Positions 52,981 to 64,000 of a stretch of 64,000 nucleotides of DNA are shown in pieces (position 1 is the first letter of the stretch; every line of letters begins with the position of its first letter). Under the pieces are notes generated by a model. The model did not search any database. It saw only the letters and a program-made list of their open reading frames with translations, and had not been told where the DNA came from. Origin of the DNA: Schmidtea polychroa (Eukaryota); the NCBI GenBank assembly GCA_044892525.1, contig CM097885.1, positions 25,670,001 to 25,734,000 on the forward strand, in the 5' to 3' direction. Position numbers and translations under genes: made by a program.

Positions 52981-53734
52981 AAGGGGTGGGCAAAAGCCGG
53001 CCCGTTAAAAATCCCGCATGCAATTTTTTAAATTTCTTTCATCCGATTTTGTCGATATCAACAGTATTGGTGTGTGTAGTGTACAAATAAATAATGAAAA
53101 ATATAAATAATAGACAGTATTATAATTTTGAACAGCCGTAACCATACTACTTTAATGTATGCAACATACTCTAACAAAGCGCGTGGTTGGCTGACTACAT
53201 AAAATTGAACGTGTACTCCTCTCACTCTTCGAGGGATGACAGGTCACAGCACGAGTACTGTTTATTTTGATTTAACACTGGTCACATACTCGTCATCATT
53301 TCTTTTGAGATCACGTTTCGCATTAACTATAAATATTCTATTTTAACGTTTGATGTTTATCTTTTCTTTTTAAAATTCTATTTACTATTATATTTACAAA
53401 ATGCAATATAAACATAAAAATGTAATAACTATGTATCAATATTAAATATTTTGTATCGTTAAGATATAAATAAATAAAATAAAATCTGTCATTAACTGTT
53501 TTATTTAATGATCATTAATTTAATATAATGCATCATATTTCTTTAAAAATTGCGTGACATATTTTACTGGCACAAATTGTTTGCATGTTACCCAAGTAAG
53601 ACAATTTTATGGGCAGGATAAAAACCACCCAAAACATTCGCGTGTGCACAGTATAAGCGGTATAGTTCTCCGGCCCGGGAGACATTTTGAAAATTTCATT
53701 TTGGCCCGCACTTAAAAGTATTTGCCCACCCTTA
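52981..53734. mobile_element. Non-autonomous Buster-type hAT MITE
   Basis: TIRs aaggggtgggcaaa / tttgcccaccctta with subterminal ggcccg motifs. Perfect 8 bp TSD GTTTAGAT (52973-52980 and 53735-53742) with a central TA. Confidence 0.92.
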
Positions 53735-53899
53735 GTTTAGATTGTATTTTTCATAAAGCTTTCTGTTGTAGAATATTTTTTAAGTCACTTGATAAAGTTA
53801 AATCGATTTGTGAGTCACATATCTCTTCTTTTGAAGGCCAATCTTGTCTGTTGTATATTGGAATTCTGCTATAATAACTAAATCTCGATGTCAATCAGC

Positions 53900-54240
53900 A
53901 AAACAAGACTTGCGTTCTATTTTAAATATCAATTCTGATGAGTTCAGAGACAATAGCGGCAACGATTCACTCACATCTGGTATTACAAATCGGTCATATT
54001 GGGGAACAAGTGAATCTTTTAATGATGTATAATCTCCTTCCCCCAAACCACTTAATGAAAGATTTTTCACTTTTAATTAGCAGACTGTCAACAGTGATGA
54101 ACAAGTTGTAGAGAAAAATGGCACCATATGGAAGCCTTATAGTCAACAACATGACCGTGGAAGAAAACCAAAAGAAAATGTATTCTGAATCAAGCCTGGA
54201 GTCACGTTATATGCAACTGGTGATGAATCTCTCTATAGTG
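53900..54240 (+). mobile_element. Possible piggyBac transposase N-terminal remnant
   Basis: An acidic S/D-rich stretch is followed by EKNGTIWKPY…GRKPKENVF*IKPGVTLYA, resembling the piggyBac 'G..W…GR….N+++..PG.T.YA' segment. Confidence 0.5.
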
Positions 54241-55889
54241 CAATTCCTTTTTCTAACGGAATGTTGAAATGCTCACAGCCAAGGTCAACCGCTAATGTTT
54301 GTGTCACTAAATTAAATTGTAGTTATTATCGGTTTGCACCATGCAATAAACGTCATTTCAAAGAATGTGGTAAAGTCCCAACCTGCCAAGAAAAATAAAT
54401 CAAAATTAGATTGATCCTGGCTCTTTGCGAGGAGATGTTTCAACAGAAACCTTGATGAGTCAATAGCTTTCCATAAATGACCTAAGGACTCAGATAAATC
54501 ACTGTTTTGGTTGAAAGTAAAGAAATTGTAGTGAATAAGTAAAGAAAATTAAATTAAAATGAAAAGAAAGCAAAGAAGATAAGAATTTCTTTTCAGTAGT
54601 ATCAAATTTGATTTGTCAACTTACTTGAGGCGATTTCCCATAGGCTTACCTGCCTATTGGTCAAATAAATTTATTGAAACTGTAATGTCAAAATTTCATA
54701 GATTGTAAAGTTCAACTTGTGTTGAGTCATTCTTTAGATCAATAGCACAAGGAGTTAGATTTTCAGATATCTCACCGAACTATATGAAATAACTCAAAAA
54801 TATCATTCATAATTCCCCGGCAGCCTGTTAAGCCGAGATAAAATAAATTATATGTTTGGGTTTTTAGTGTCCGTTAAAATTGAATTGATTTTCTATTTTT
54901 TAGAAAGTGAGTACATTGGAAATGGATTTATTTCAATTGAGCCCTATATTAGAAATGCTTCAATATAGTGGAATTGGCCATTGTAGTAGACGTTAAATTT
55001 TATAGAATGGCGCCAGTGAATATTAACTGTCTTTTGAATATTGTGTTTTTAATTCATGTCTATATTCTTTATTTTTGTACGTGTACTAAGTACATTTTTT
55101 AATATAATTATCATAATTTCGGATTTACCACAAGGCTAAATAAGCTAAAGCTTGGAGCTTCACCTGTCGAAATTTTAAGACAAAAGTTGAACAGGAAAGA
55201 TTTTTATTTACTTCTGGCGACCAAAGCTTGCCAAAATAGCTACCGGTTTCCATATCCTATTTGTGTTTTCTATTTTTTGGGTTATTGCTGTTAAAGTCAG
55301 TACTGATTCTGACTCCTCGTGATCTTTCTCTCAATTATCAAGATAAAATCCAACACATAACACTATTAAATGTCAACAGATTTTGATACAAATTTCTCGA
55401 TTACACTCTTTAATAAAAATTGAAAGCAGGTAACCCTAAGGGAGACCGGTTTATTCAGATTTGGCAGTGCTTTTTATCTTCTTAAAATTTGAATTGTTTA
55501 AGCTTCTTGATCATTAATCAAGATATAGTTCTTTTCTATCTTTGACCAACTGGCATTTCTCGAACATTGACGTTTATTGCTACTCATCCCGCTTACTCTC
55601 ATAATTGAATTAGCATCGACCGAAAATTTGGAAAACAAAATAATTGATTAGGTGCCCTCTTGCCTTTGTTCACAGATCTCATTTCGCGAATTTCAAAATA
55701 ATAATTTTGAAAGGAAGTTTAATTATATTATCTGCTTGTTTACTGCTCGGGTTTCCGACGTGTGTAGGGTTTTCTACATGGCACGGGCCTCCCATATACT
55801 TGTTGGGTTTAGGGGTGTGTCCTTTTATTTTAAAATGTGATAGGTGTATTTATAGATGTTGAATTGACTGCTTCCTAAACGCCTTCATG

Positions 55890-56200
55890 ACTATTGTACT
55901 TTAGACCATTTGTGTACCCATGGCGACGACCATGTTGGTTCTGTACACAATGGCAGAAAATCCATGAGTAGGTGAGTTCTATTGCTAAAACTACTCCTCA
56001 TTGTATTTTCTTTTCGGGTTTTGGACTGTCGATAGAAGGTCTTACGTCATTATTTAGTATCTATTCTATTGTGAGATTATTGTCATGTCTTCATTTAACT
56101 ATGGTCCTCATTACTAGACATTTTCAAGTGTTATCTTCCAAAGTTTTTCGCAGGGATCCGCCTTTATTTTCCTGTTAATAAATGTTGTTCCACGCTTCCC
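55890..56200 (-). mobile_element. Possible decayed Penelope-like reverse transcriptase remnant
   Basis: Short minus-strand motifs ENKGGS…LEDNT and VYRTNMVVAMGTQM resemble ADKG and G.AMG motifs; heavily disrupted. Confidence 0.25.
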
Positions 56201-57343
56201 ATAATAGTTAAATTATTTTTCCAAAAATTTGAGCAGGGATCTGCCTGTATTTCTAGTCCTAACCTATGTTTAACCAAAATTACTTCCAGCGACAGACCCG
56301 TGGAGAAGCCTCCACATTTCGGCCCGAAATCAGGTGCGTGAACAAAAACCCAGCATACCCACCAGTCTGAGCATCCCTAAGGTACCCCAAACAAACCATG
56401 GTATGCTGGATCTCAATTCCACGGTACTATCGTTCATAATCAATAAACATAACAATTGAACCCAATAAAAATTATTATTCAAAACTTAAAAATTAAATGA
56501 AATTTAAATAATTAAAGAGAACAACAAAATAAATCAACTGAACTAAATTGAATATAAAATTTATTAGCTTAAAACATTACATAAAAATTTCATATTAAAA
56601 TAAAATTACCAAATCCAATCCACGATGGCATAAAATCGAAAAACTGAGAGCATGTGTTTTCCTTCAATGTAATGGTTACACTATCTGAAGTAACAAGTTG
56701 TGGTGTTGAAAAAACTAGTCCCCTAACTGAATTTTCAATCAATATTTATTATAGCACAATAATTAATGACTAGTGCCACAAAGAAATTTTCAATTGAAAT
56801 CAATTATTGCGGGGGCCCACCAGCTATAGAGAGCCTAAAATTATTACTAAACAAATATTTACAATCATTTTCTGAAACTTTTTTACCGCAGTTATATTTG
56901 CCTACAAACATAAAACTATCATTGAATAGCGGCTGCTGTGAATAACTATGTATTAAACTTTAACCGAAATATTTAAGTGGAAATATTTTATATTGCGCGG
57001 GGGACCCAATTTTGAAGTTCCGCCGTTGAATGTAATCACAATACATACATAAATTAACAGCAAACGGTCAAGGTTTTATCGTATTTTTGGAATTCGGAAG
57101 TATGACGCTTTTTAATACTCGAACAAATAGTTAGTTTAGTCTTCTACATCAAAGTTCGTCTCTTTACCACAAGTTAAAAAAATATAAATTTGGCCCTAAT
57201 TGAAGGTGTTGGTGTACAAAATAATTACGCATTGTTTCAGAACTTTCATAATTAATTTATTGAAGTCTAAAATTGATTAAATAATACATTCGATAAAAAG
57301 TATCAAATTTTAGAGATCCACATAAAGATCAAGAATATATTCG

Positions 57344-58873
57344 ATGTTTTATTCACTAAATTTCAAGGATCACAAAAGAACTCAAAGAACTAGAAACAGA
57401 GTCAGCCGAATATTTAGTTATCCCGTATTTAACTCTAAGCATGCAAGAAAAATTTTCGGAACAATGCAAAGACAAAAGATCGGCTTGATCTTTGTCTGTT
57501 TCATTGAAATGTTTTTCTTTACTTTAATCATCTTTGGATTCAATTCAATTACAACGGTATTCAAATCTTTGGGAGTTTTCTCAAAATTCTGTCATCCCAA
57601 TCACAATTTCCAAATTCACAATCTAACAAATATTATTAGTTGTTTTGATCAAGATGTAATTTTCGGATATATTTTTATAATCTGGGTAAATTTCCTGGCA
57701 TTGTCTGCGATTCCTGGAGGTTTGATCTTTGATTATTTTGGAATACGATTCACAAGAATTCTTTCTTCGATAATAAATGCTGTGGGTCTAGTTTTCTTTG
57801 GATTGGTCCAATTCAATTCTTGGCTTCTGATTCCGGCTGGGTGTCTTTCTGGATTAGGAGGGTTTATGCTAGGCGTATGTAATTCTGCTATTGCCGATAC
57901 TTATGGTATTCGGAAAAACCTTATGATATCTATTCTGAGTGGTTTATCTGGTTCTTCACTGTTAGTGTTTAATATCATTAAATTTCTATATGATCACGGA
58001 ATTGCTATATACATTTCATTCTCGGTTCTTGCTGTTTCATCACTATTTATTACGATTAGTAGTACTGTGTTCCTTTTAGATAGCATCCGTTTGCCTTCAA
58101 TTACCTTTAGTAGGAATGATGAGAGTGTGGACATTCCATACTTTTCGGAAAACGAAATGGAGCATCGGAGTTTTGTGAAGGAGATTAATGAAGAAAGGCA
58201 GGATTATTTATTGAAAACTTTCCCAACTCTTTTAAAGGCTATAACTAGTAGGCTATTCGTCATGCACTTGGTTTTCTATGTAATGATAACTTATAGGTTA
58301 AATTTTTTCCTATCTCAATTGGCGTCACAGTTGAATTTTTTGTTCCCAAAAAACTTTGCCATTATTGACCATTTAAAATTTCATTGTAGCATTTTTCTGT
58401 CATTAAATTTTTTTGGTGCATTCTTTATTGGAATGCTAATCGACTACAACCTAAAGAGAGTAAATATTATTCTTGAAAATTTGCATTTGGAGGAGATTCC
58501 TGTTAAAAAGTTTAGAATTTATCACAAAGCATTTGTCATTCCATTTTTGTTTGCTAGTATTTCAATTATAATCGCTTCCTGCCTCATTGGAATAGGGAAT
58601 AGGTACGTTGTCTATGGGATCTTTGTACTAGTTTGCATAGGACGATCATTTACCGGGTGCTTACTTGGCACATATACTTTAAATGTATTTCCTAAACAAT
58701 ATTTCGGCAGCTTAGTGGCAATCACTGTTCTTCTTTCGGGACTTTTTCTTTTAACGCATTTCCCTTTGGTTAAATATGCAGCTGCAGATCAGCATCCGTT
58801 AATAATTAATTATATATTAATAGCATGTCCAATTATATCTTTGATCCATCCAATTTGCTTGTATTTTGAATAA
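57344..58873 (+). CDS. Intronless MFS transporter, SLC43 (LAT3/LAT4/SLC43A3)-like, 509 aa
   Basis: About 12 hydrophobic segments. The N-terminal EMFFFTLIIFGFNSITTVFKSLGVFSKFC…C.DQD matches the SLC43 pattern (E…..G..FGW.SL..+LK.EG.FS.LC…C..QD), and the MFS motif G.IFDYFGIRFTR is present. The true start could be a downstream ATG. Confidence 0.88.
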   Translation: MFYSLNFKDHKRTQRTRNRVSRIFSYPVFNSKHARKIFGTMQRQKIGLIFVCFIEMFFFTLIIFGFNSITTVFKSLGVFSKFCHPNHNFQIHNLTNIISCFDQDVIFGYIFIIWVNFLALSAIPGGLIFDYFGIRFTRILSSIINAVGLVFFGLVQFNSWLLIPAGCLSGLGGFMLGVCNSAIADTYGIRKNLMISILSGLSGSSLLVFNIIKFLYDHGIAIYISFSVLAVSSLFITISSTVFLLDSIRLPSITFSRNDESVDIPYFSENEMEHRSFVKEINEERQDYLLKTFPTLLKAITSRLFVMHLVFYVMITYRLNFFLSQLASQLNFLFPKNFAIIDHLKFHCSIFLSLNFFGAFFIGMLIDYNLKRVNIILENLHLEEIPVKKFRIYHKAFVIPFLFASISIIIASCLIGIGNRYVVYGIFVLVCIGRSFTGCLLGTYTLNVFPKQYFGSLVAITVLLSGLFLLTHFPLVKYAAADQHPLIINYILIACPIISLIHPICLYFE

Positions 58874-60614
58874 CTTTATTTTCAAGAATCGTCAATATAT
58901 TTGCCGAATTTTACATTCAATACTTTAAAATATATTATAAAATTTGTATAGTTTTTTATTTTTGTTTAATCGATATGAAATTTATTTTCCATTTCAAATA
59001 ATTTTAACCACTTACACTGGTTATTATGCACGCTATTACGTTAACTAACTGAACCAAATGTTGATATGATGCGAGTAGGTAGTATTGTGCACTCCAGATC
59101 CAGTTACCCCCCCCCCCTATTTTTTTGGACAGCTCCCTCCTATAATTTTTTAATTTTGTTTAAATTATTCATTACATAATAATAAAAATTTTGTTTAAAT
59201 CGTTGATTACTTCATCAATTTTTTTTTTTAATAAGAACTTTTTATGTCAATATACTTGAAATTAAATTCTCTATTAAATGAGTCTATTGGTGGGTTACAG
59301 GTAATCAAACATTTTACCCTTTCGTGCTGTCTCCAGCGTAACCCAGAATACAAACGATTGCTTGCTCCACATGATACCCGTTGAGTGATCAACGTTGGTA
59401 CTGTATCAAGAGGGTGAGTGCTCGCAAGAAGTGAGTGCATAATTTGCACTATAATTGTTGGGCACTCCTTGGGTTCACGGACTATTGATAGAATATATGT
59501 GTCCGATTTGCTCTGGTCCCTCATCTTAATTGTTTTCCAAAATATTTGCTCGTTCTCTGATCAATCAGACACCAAACATACCACAATTTACACCAATTCA
59601 TCAAATCATTTATTCCGTGTATATGTCTATTCACAAATCGCTTTAAGTTCAGGGTGAGTTTTGATTCTCCCACTGTTTCTGCTCCTCTAATCTGAGCCTG
59701 TTCAGCTTTTCTAAGTGTTGTATCCCATTCGTTTACGTTTCGGTTTACTAGGCCAAGCCGGTGGGTAGATTTCGACCAGCTCCGTTGGCAATGGTCGGAT
59801 TTGTGCGGTTACCGCCGCGTCGATGGCTCGCTGGTTCAGTTGGGTCTCCAGTGCACGTACTTGGATCTTCAGGGCGCGGATTTCTGTCTGGTCCTGGATT
59901 GTTTGAGACTGAAGTTTTTGGATCTGCGTCATTCGCTTTTTCATTTCGGTCGGGTGAACCAGGTGCTTTCGAGCTCCCGGCATTGCCCTTTAAATTTCGC
60001 GATCCTGGCCTGAAGACCTTCTACCTGTTGTTGGGCTCGCTCCCGGTCCTTCCTTAGGTTCTCGAATAATTTGAACACTACAATTTAAAGAAATTATATA
60101 TAGATACACACATACATACACATATAGATAATAAACAACCATTCGATATCAAGCGTTCAATCTTATCCTATGTCGTCGTACTTCTACCGAACAGTAAAAT
60201 CATCAAAATAGTTTGAAATGAATACATTAAACGATATTATTTTATTACTGATAACTAAACCAAATGATAATGAGGAAAAATCAAGGAAATAAATAAAAAA
60301 AGTAAAATCACATTATGGTCACTAATAAAAATTCATGAGTCACGATGTGGAATAATGAGGTCCATATTATGCTAATGGGCCAGTCTTTCTAGGTCTTCCC
60401 CATTTCTTAGGAGAGGGAAGCTAACTTCAGCCTCTTTGATAGACGTACCGGTTATCTCTGCGCGGAGTTGAGCTTCAATCGCATGGAGTTTGCTCTGAGC
60501 GATCTCGATCGCGAAACTCCACAACCTATTTTTTAAAATCATGTGGCTTCAAGATTGACCTCTTATTTTAAAAAAATACATTAAAATACAGAAATATAAT
60601 ATTTATTAAAACAA

Positions 60615-62060
60615 TTAATGTGATGAATGGAATTGTTTTTCATCCAATAGTCTATTCATATCCGGAGAATAGTTTGTAACTGCCAATCTTAAACAATTTT
60701 CCAGATTTTTATTGGTAAGTTTTGTTCGATATTTATTCTTTATGAATTTCATTTTTGAAAATACGGATTCACACAAGTACGTTGATTCAAAAAGGCAAGA
60801 TATTTTTAATGCAACATCTCTTAAAAACGGATACTGATTCGGTGTTACATGGCTCCAAAATTCCAATTGATTTTTAGAAAATTCGCAATTCAACTCTATC
60901 ATTTTTTATTGAAATTAATTCCATTTCTAGCTGTGCTTTATCATATCCAAATTGGTTATTAATAACTTCCGAAAGAGTTTCGATATTAATATTTACGAAA
61001 GGATACATAATATATTTCAAAATTGGTTCGATCTTGCGGAAATCTGCGAAGCGTTTTTCAAACTCTTCTATTAAACTACTAACAATTGGTAAATAACTTT
61101 CACAGGAAAAAAGGAAAGTGTTTTAAATCATTTTCTTTTAAGTTCATTTTCCACAAGATTAATTTTTGGCTAAAACATTGCACCGCACTTATCATGTGCA
61201 TTATATTTTTATCTTTCCCTTGCAGATCTACATTCAAGTCATTTAGCTTCGCCGTAATATCAGTAAGAAACGCAAGATCTCTAAGCCATGAAACATTGCT
61301 TAGCTCCTGATGATGTCCTCCCAAAAATGAACTTATTTGTGGTAACAATTCTCTAAAACGCTTTAAATTTTTCCCTTACTTAGCCAACGAACTTCTGTAT
61401 GTAATAACAGATCACCATATTGACAATCGAGCTCGTCAGTTAGTCCTTTAAATAAACGTCTTTGCACTGATTTTCCTCTTATAGAATTACTAATTTTGAC
61501 TACAAGTTTCATAACAGAATTCATGTTCAAAAATTTAGCATAAAGGGCTTTCTGATGTATTATACAGTGATAACTTATGAATTCAGGATATTTTTGATCT
61601 TTTTAACATAATGCAATAAAACTTTTATGCATACCAGTTAATGATGGAACTCCATCAGTAGTGATACTTACCAATTTATCCAAAGATATATTATTTTCAT
61701 CTATGAAATCCTTAACGATTTGATAAATATCCTGGCAACATGAGTGTCCTTCAAGGGTTAATATTTTTAAAAGTTCTTCTCTCACGTCGAAAGTGTTAAA
61801 CACCATACGCACAAAAATAGCCAACTGAGCTTTATCAACTACATCTGAACTTTCATCAAGTTGCATCGAAAAATAAGAACACGTATTTAGATCGGTTTGT
61901 AACTGAATAAATGTATCAGAAACCATCGAGTCTACACGGCGCGTGACAGTTTAGTTGATAATTGCAGTGAAGCTATAGCTGTCAGAATGTCAGATTTGTT
62001 TAGAAGTATCGTTAGTTTTTTAGAATGCTTGTTTTAAATATTCACCATCTTCAAATGGAT
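60615..62060 (-). mobile_element. Buster-type hAT transposase pseudogene (GTF2IRD2/EPM2AIP1-like)
   Basis: Frameshifted ORFs 61603..61926, 61100..61348 and 60615..60902 contain FSMQLDESSD, ITTDGVPSL, YHCIIHQ, HTEVRWLS, WLRDLAFLTDIT and STYLCESVFSKMK. Confidence 0.92.
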
Positions 62061-62746
62061 TTTTTTAATAACCAAAACTTTTTTCCCACGGGCTCGGGCT
62101 TTCCATTACAGATTGACTTTTGATTTTTAGTAAGTTTTAATTAATTTTGCCCTTTTATTGATTTTCCCAATATTTGTTATGTCTTTCTTTTATTTATATT
62201 ATTTTGGTTTTCTTACCAACCCCAACAATATAGAAAGTTTGATGAAAAAAGATTCGTTGCACACAAGCACGGTGCACAAAATTTCCTTAATAAAAATACT
62301 CCATTGTTCAAAAAATAAGAGCTCTTAACAATAAGTCTGGGTCTCAGTTTAAATATAAAAAAATGAATTTTGGATGTTTTCGAAGAAATATTTTATGATT
62401 CCACATCACCAATTTTTACATACAAGTTTTTTAGCTAATTTATGTTTTATTGGGAGAATCTTTACCAAAAATTGTTCATATACAAAGAAGAAATATTACA
62501 TAAAAATTTGAAGAATTAAAAAAACGCTTAAAAATGTGTTGGCATTTTGAAAAATAAAGTAGAGACACAAAATTATAAGCAAAAAGACTCTATAAAAGAA
62601 TCTGACTCACTTGATTAGAACTCAGGTTTAATAAATTAATTAATTAGTTTTTGTTCTTTTTTTCGTTTTTTGTTTTTTTGTTCTTTCATGTTCGTCTCAT
62701 CATTGGTCATATTCTATTTCACATCCATTTCCCTTGAAAAATATTA

Positions 62747-63107
62747 ACTAATAATTTTTCTTAATATTTGCCGCGCACAAAATAGTCTATAAAAAAAGAT
62801 GTTCACATGGGAATCGGTGCTTCCCGATGCAATATAAGATCCGTTTGGGTGGAACACCAGCGAAGGTACAAAACCTCCGTGCTCCTGGAATGTGTCGTTT
62901 TTGTCATTACTGCTTGACGCGATCAAATTGTGAGACAGACATAACCAAGAGTGCATTCACACATTCCAGGAGCACGGAGGTTTTGTACCTTCGCTGGTGT
63001 TCCACCCAAACGGATCTTATATTGCATCGGGAGGCACCGATTCCCATGTGAACATCTTTTTTTATAGACTATTTTGTGCGCGGCAAATATTAAGAAAAAT
63101 TATTAGT
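62747..63107. repeat. Near-perfect 149 bp inverted repeat with 63 nt loop, containing a POC1-like WD40 coding fragment
   Basis: 62747-62895 is the reverse complement of 62959-63107 except for one T/G pair (62821/63033). The + frame reads KL*DRHNQECIHTFQEHGGFVPSLVFHPNGSYIASGGTDSHVNIF. Confidence 0.93.
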
Positions 63108-63239
63108 AATAATTGTTATTGGCGTTATTAAATCGAAATAGCATTAAAATCGATAAAAATTATAGAAGGTGTGGATAAAATTAAAAGAATTTTCCTTGAG
63201 TAATTTCCACAAAACTTCAAGAAATTTCAGAAATTCAAC

Positions 63240-64000
63240 ATGAACAATCATTTCCTGACTTACCCCATATTTTCTTCAAAGAATGCAAGACAAGTCTTTG
63301 GAACAATGCAAAAACAAAAGATCGGCTTGATTTTTATTTGTTTTGTTGAAATGTTTCTTTATACCATGATTATTTTCGGATTCAATTCAATTACGATTGT
63401 GTTCAAATCTTTGGGAGTTTTTTCAATGTTTTGTCTTCATACTGATGACAGTTCTATAATAGATAACAAAACAAACATTATACGTTGTCATGAACAAGAT
63501 GTTATTTACGGGTATATTTTTATAATCTGGGTAAATTTCCTGGCCTTTTCTGCGATTCCTGGAGGTTTGTTCTTTGACCATTTTGGAATACGATTCACAA
63601 AAATTCTTTCTTCGATAATAAATGCTGTGGGTCTAGTTTTCTTTGGATTGATCCAATTCAATTCTTGGCTTCTGATTCCGGCTGGGTGTCTTTCTGGATT
63701 GGGAGGATTTGTGTTAACCATATGTAATTCTGCTATTGCCGATACTTATGGTATTCGGAAAAACCTTATGATATCTATTCTGAGTGGTTTATCTGGTTCT
63801 TCACTGTTAGTGTTTAATATCATTAAATTTCTATATGATCACGGAGTTGCTATATACATTTCATTCTCGGTTCTTGCTGTTTTATCAATGTTTATTACGA
63901 TTACTGGTTCTATGCTACTCTTAGACAGCATCCGTTTGCCTTCAATTGTTATCAAGAATACTAGTAGTGAAGACATTCCATACTTTTCGGATTATGAAAT
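63240..64000 (+). CDS. Second SLC43-like transporter paralogue, 3'-partial (runs off the window)
   Basis: ATG at 63240 follows an in-frame stop at 63201. The frame stays open to the window end (MNNHFLTYPIFSSKNARQVFGTMQKQKIGLIF…) and is collinear with, and highly similar to, 57344..58873. Confidence 0.88.
   Translation, partial: MNNHFLTYPIFSSKNARQVFGTMQKQKIGLIFICFVEMFLYTMIIFGFNSITIVFKSLGVFSMFCLHTDDSSIIDNKTNIIRCHEQDVIYGYIFIIWVNFLAFSAIPGGLFFDHFGIRFTKILSSIINAVGLVFFGLIQFNSWLLIPAGCLSGLGGFVLTICNSAIADTYGIRKNLMISILSGLSGSSLLVFNIIKFLYDHGVAIYISFSVLAVLSMFITITGSMLLLDSIRLPSIVIKNTSSEDIPYFSDYE

Noticed and set aside
55095..57030. Possible hAT-like element ends (cggatttaccacaaggc…, ggggcccac / gttccgccgttg)
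   Set aside because: Could not pair TIRs or find a TSD by eye.

Overview
Very AT-rich eukaryotic (animal) genomic DNA. Composition, (AAT)n tracts, 44-57 nt introns and the repeat content suggest a planarian flatworm, but this is inference only. Positions 1-26050 form one giant non-coding repeat structure. A ~6.67 kb unit is repeated head-to-tail about 2.45 times (1-16362). A ~0.9 kb spacer follows, then an almost perfect inverted copy (17438-24398), a ~30 bp satellite, subterminal repeats and a sharp GC-hairpin/AGTAG-type end at 26050. This structure lies directly upstream of an internal coding exon of an adducin gene, so it probably sits inside an adducin intron. Eight adducin exons can be joined in phase from 26382 to the stop at 51972. 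The adducin introns hold decayed DNA transposons (pogo/Tigger, hAT, piggyBac, a DD39D mariner), an Hsp90 pseudogene fragment and a degenerate cold-shock-domain remnant. Downstream are a hAT MITE with an 8 bp TSD, two intronless SLC43-like transporter paralogues, a Buster-type hAT pseudogene and a near-perfect 149 bp hairpin built from a POC1-like WD40 coding fragment.
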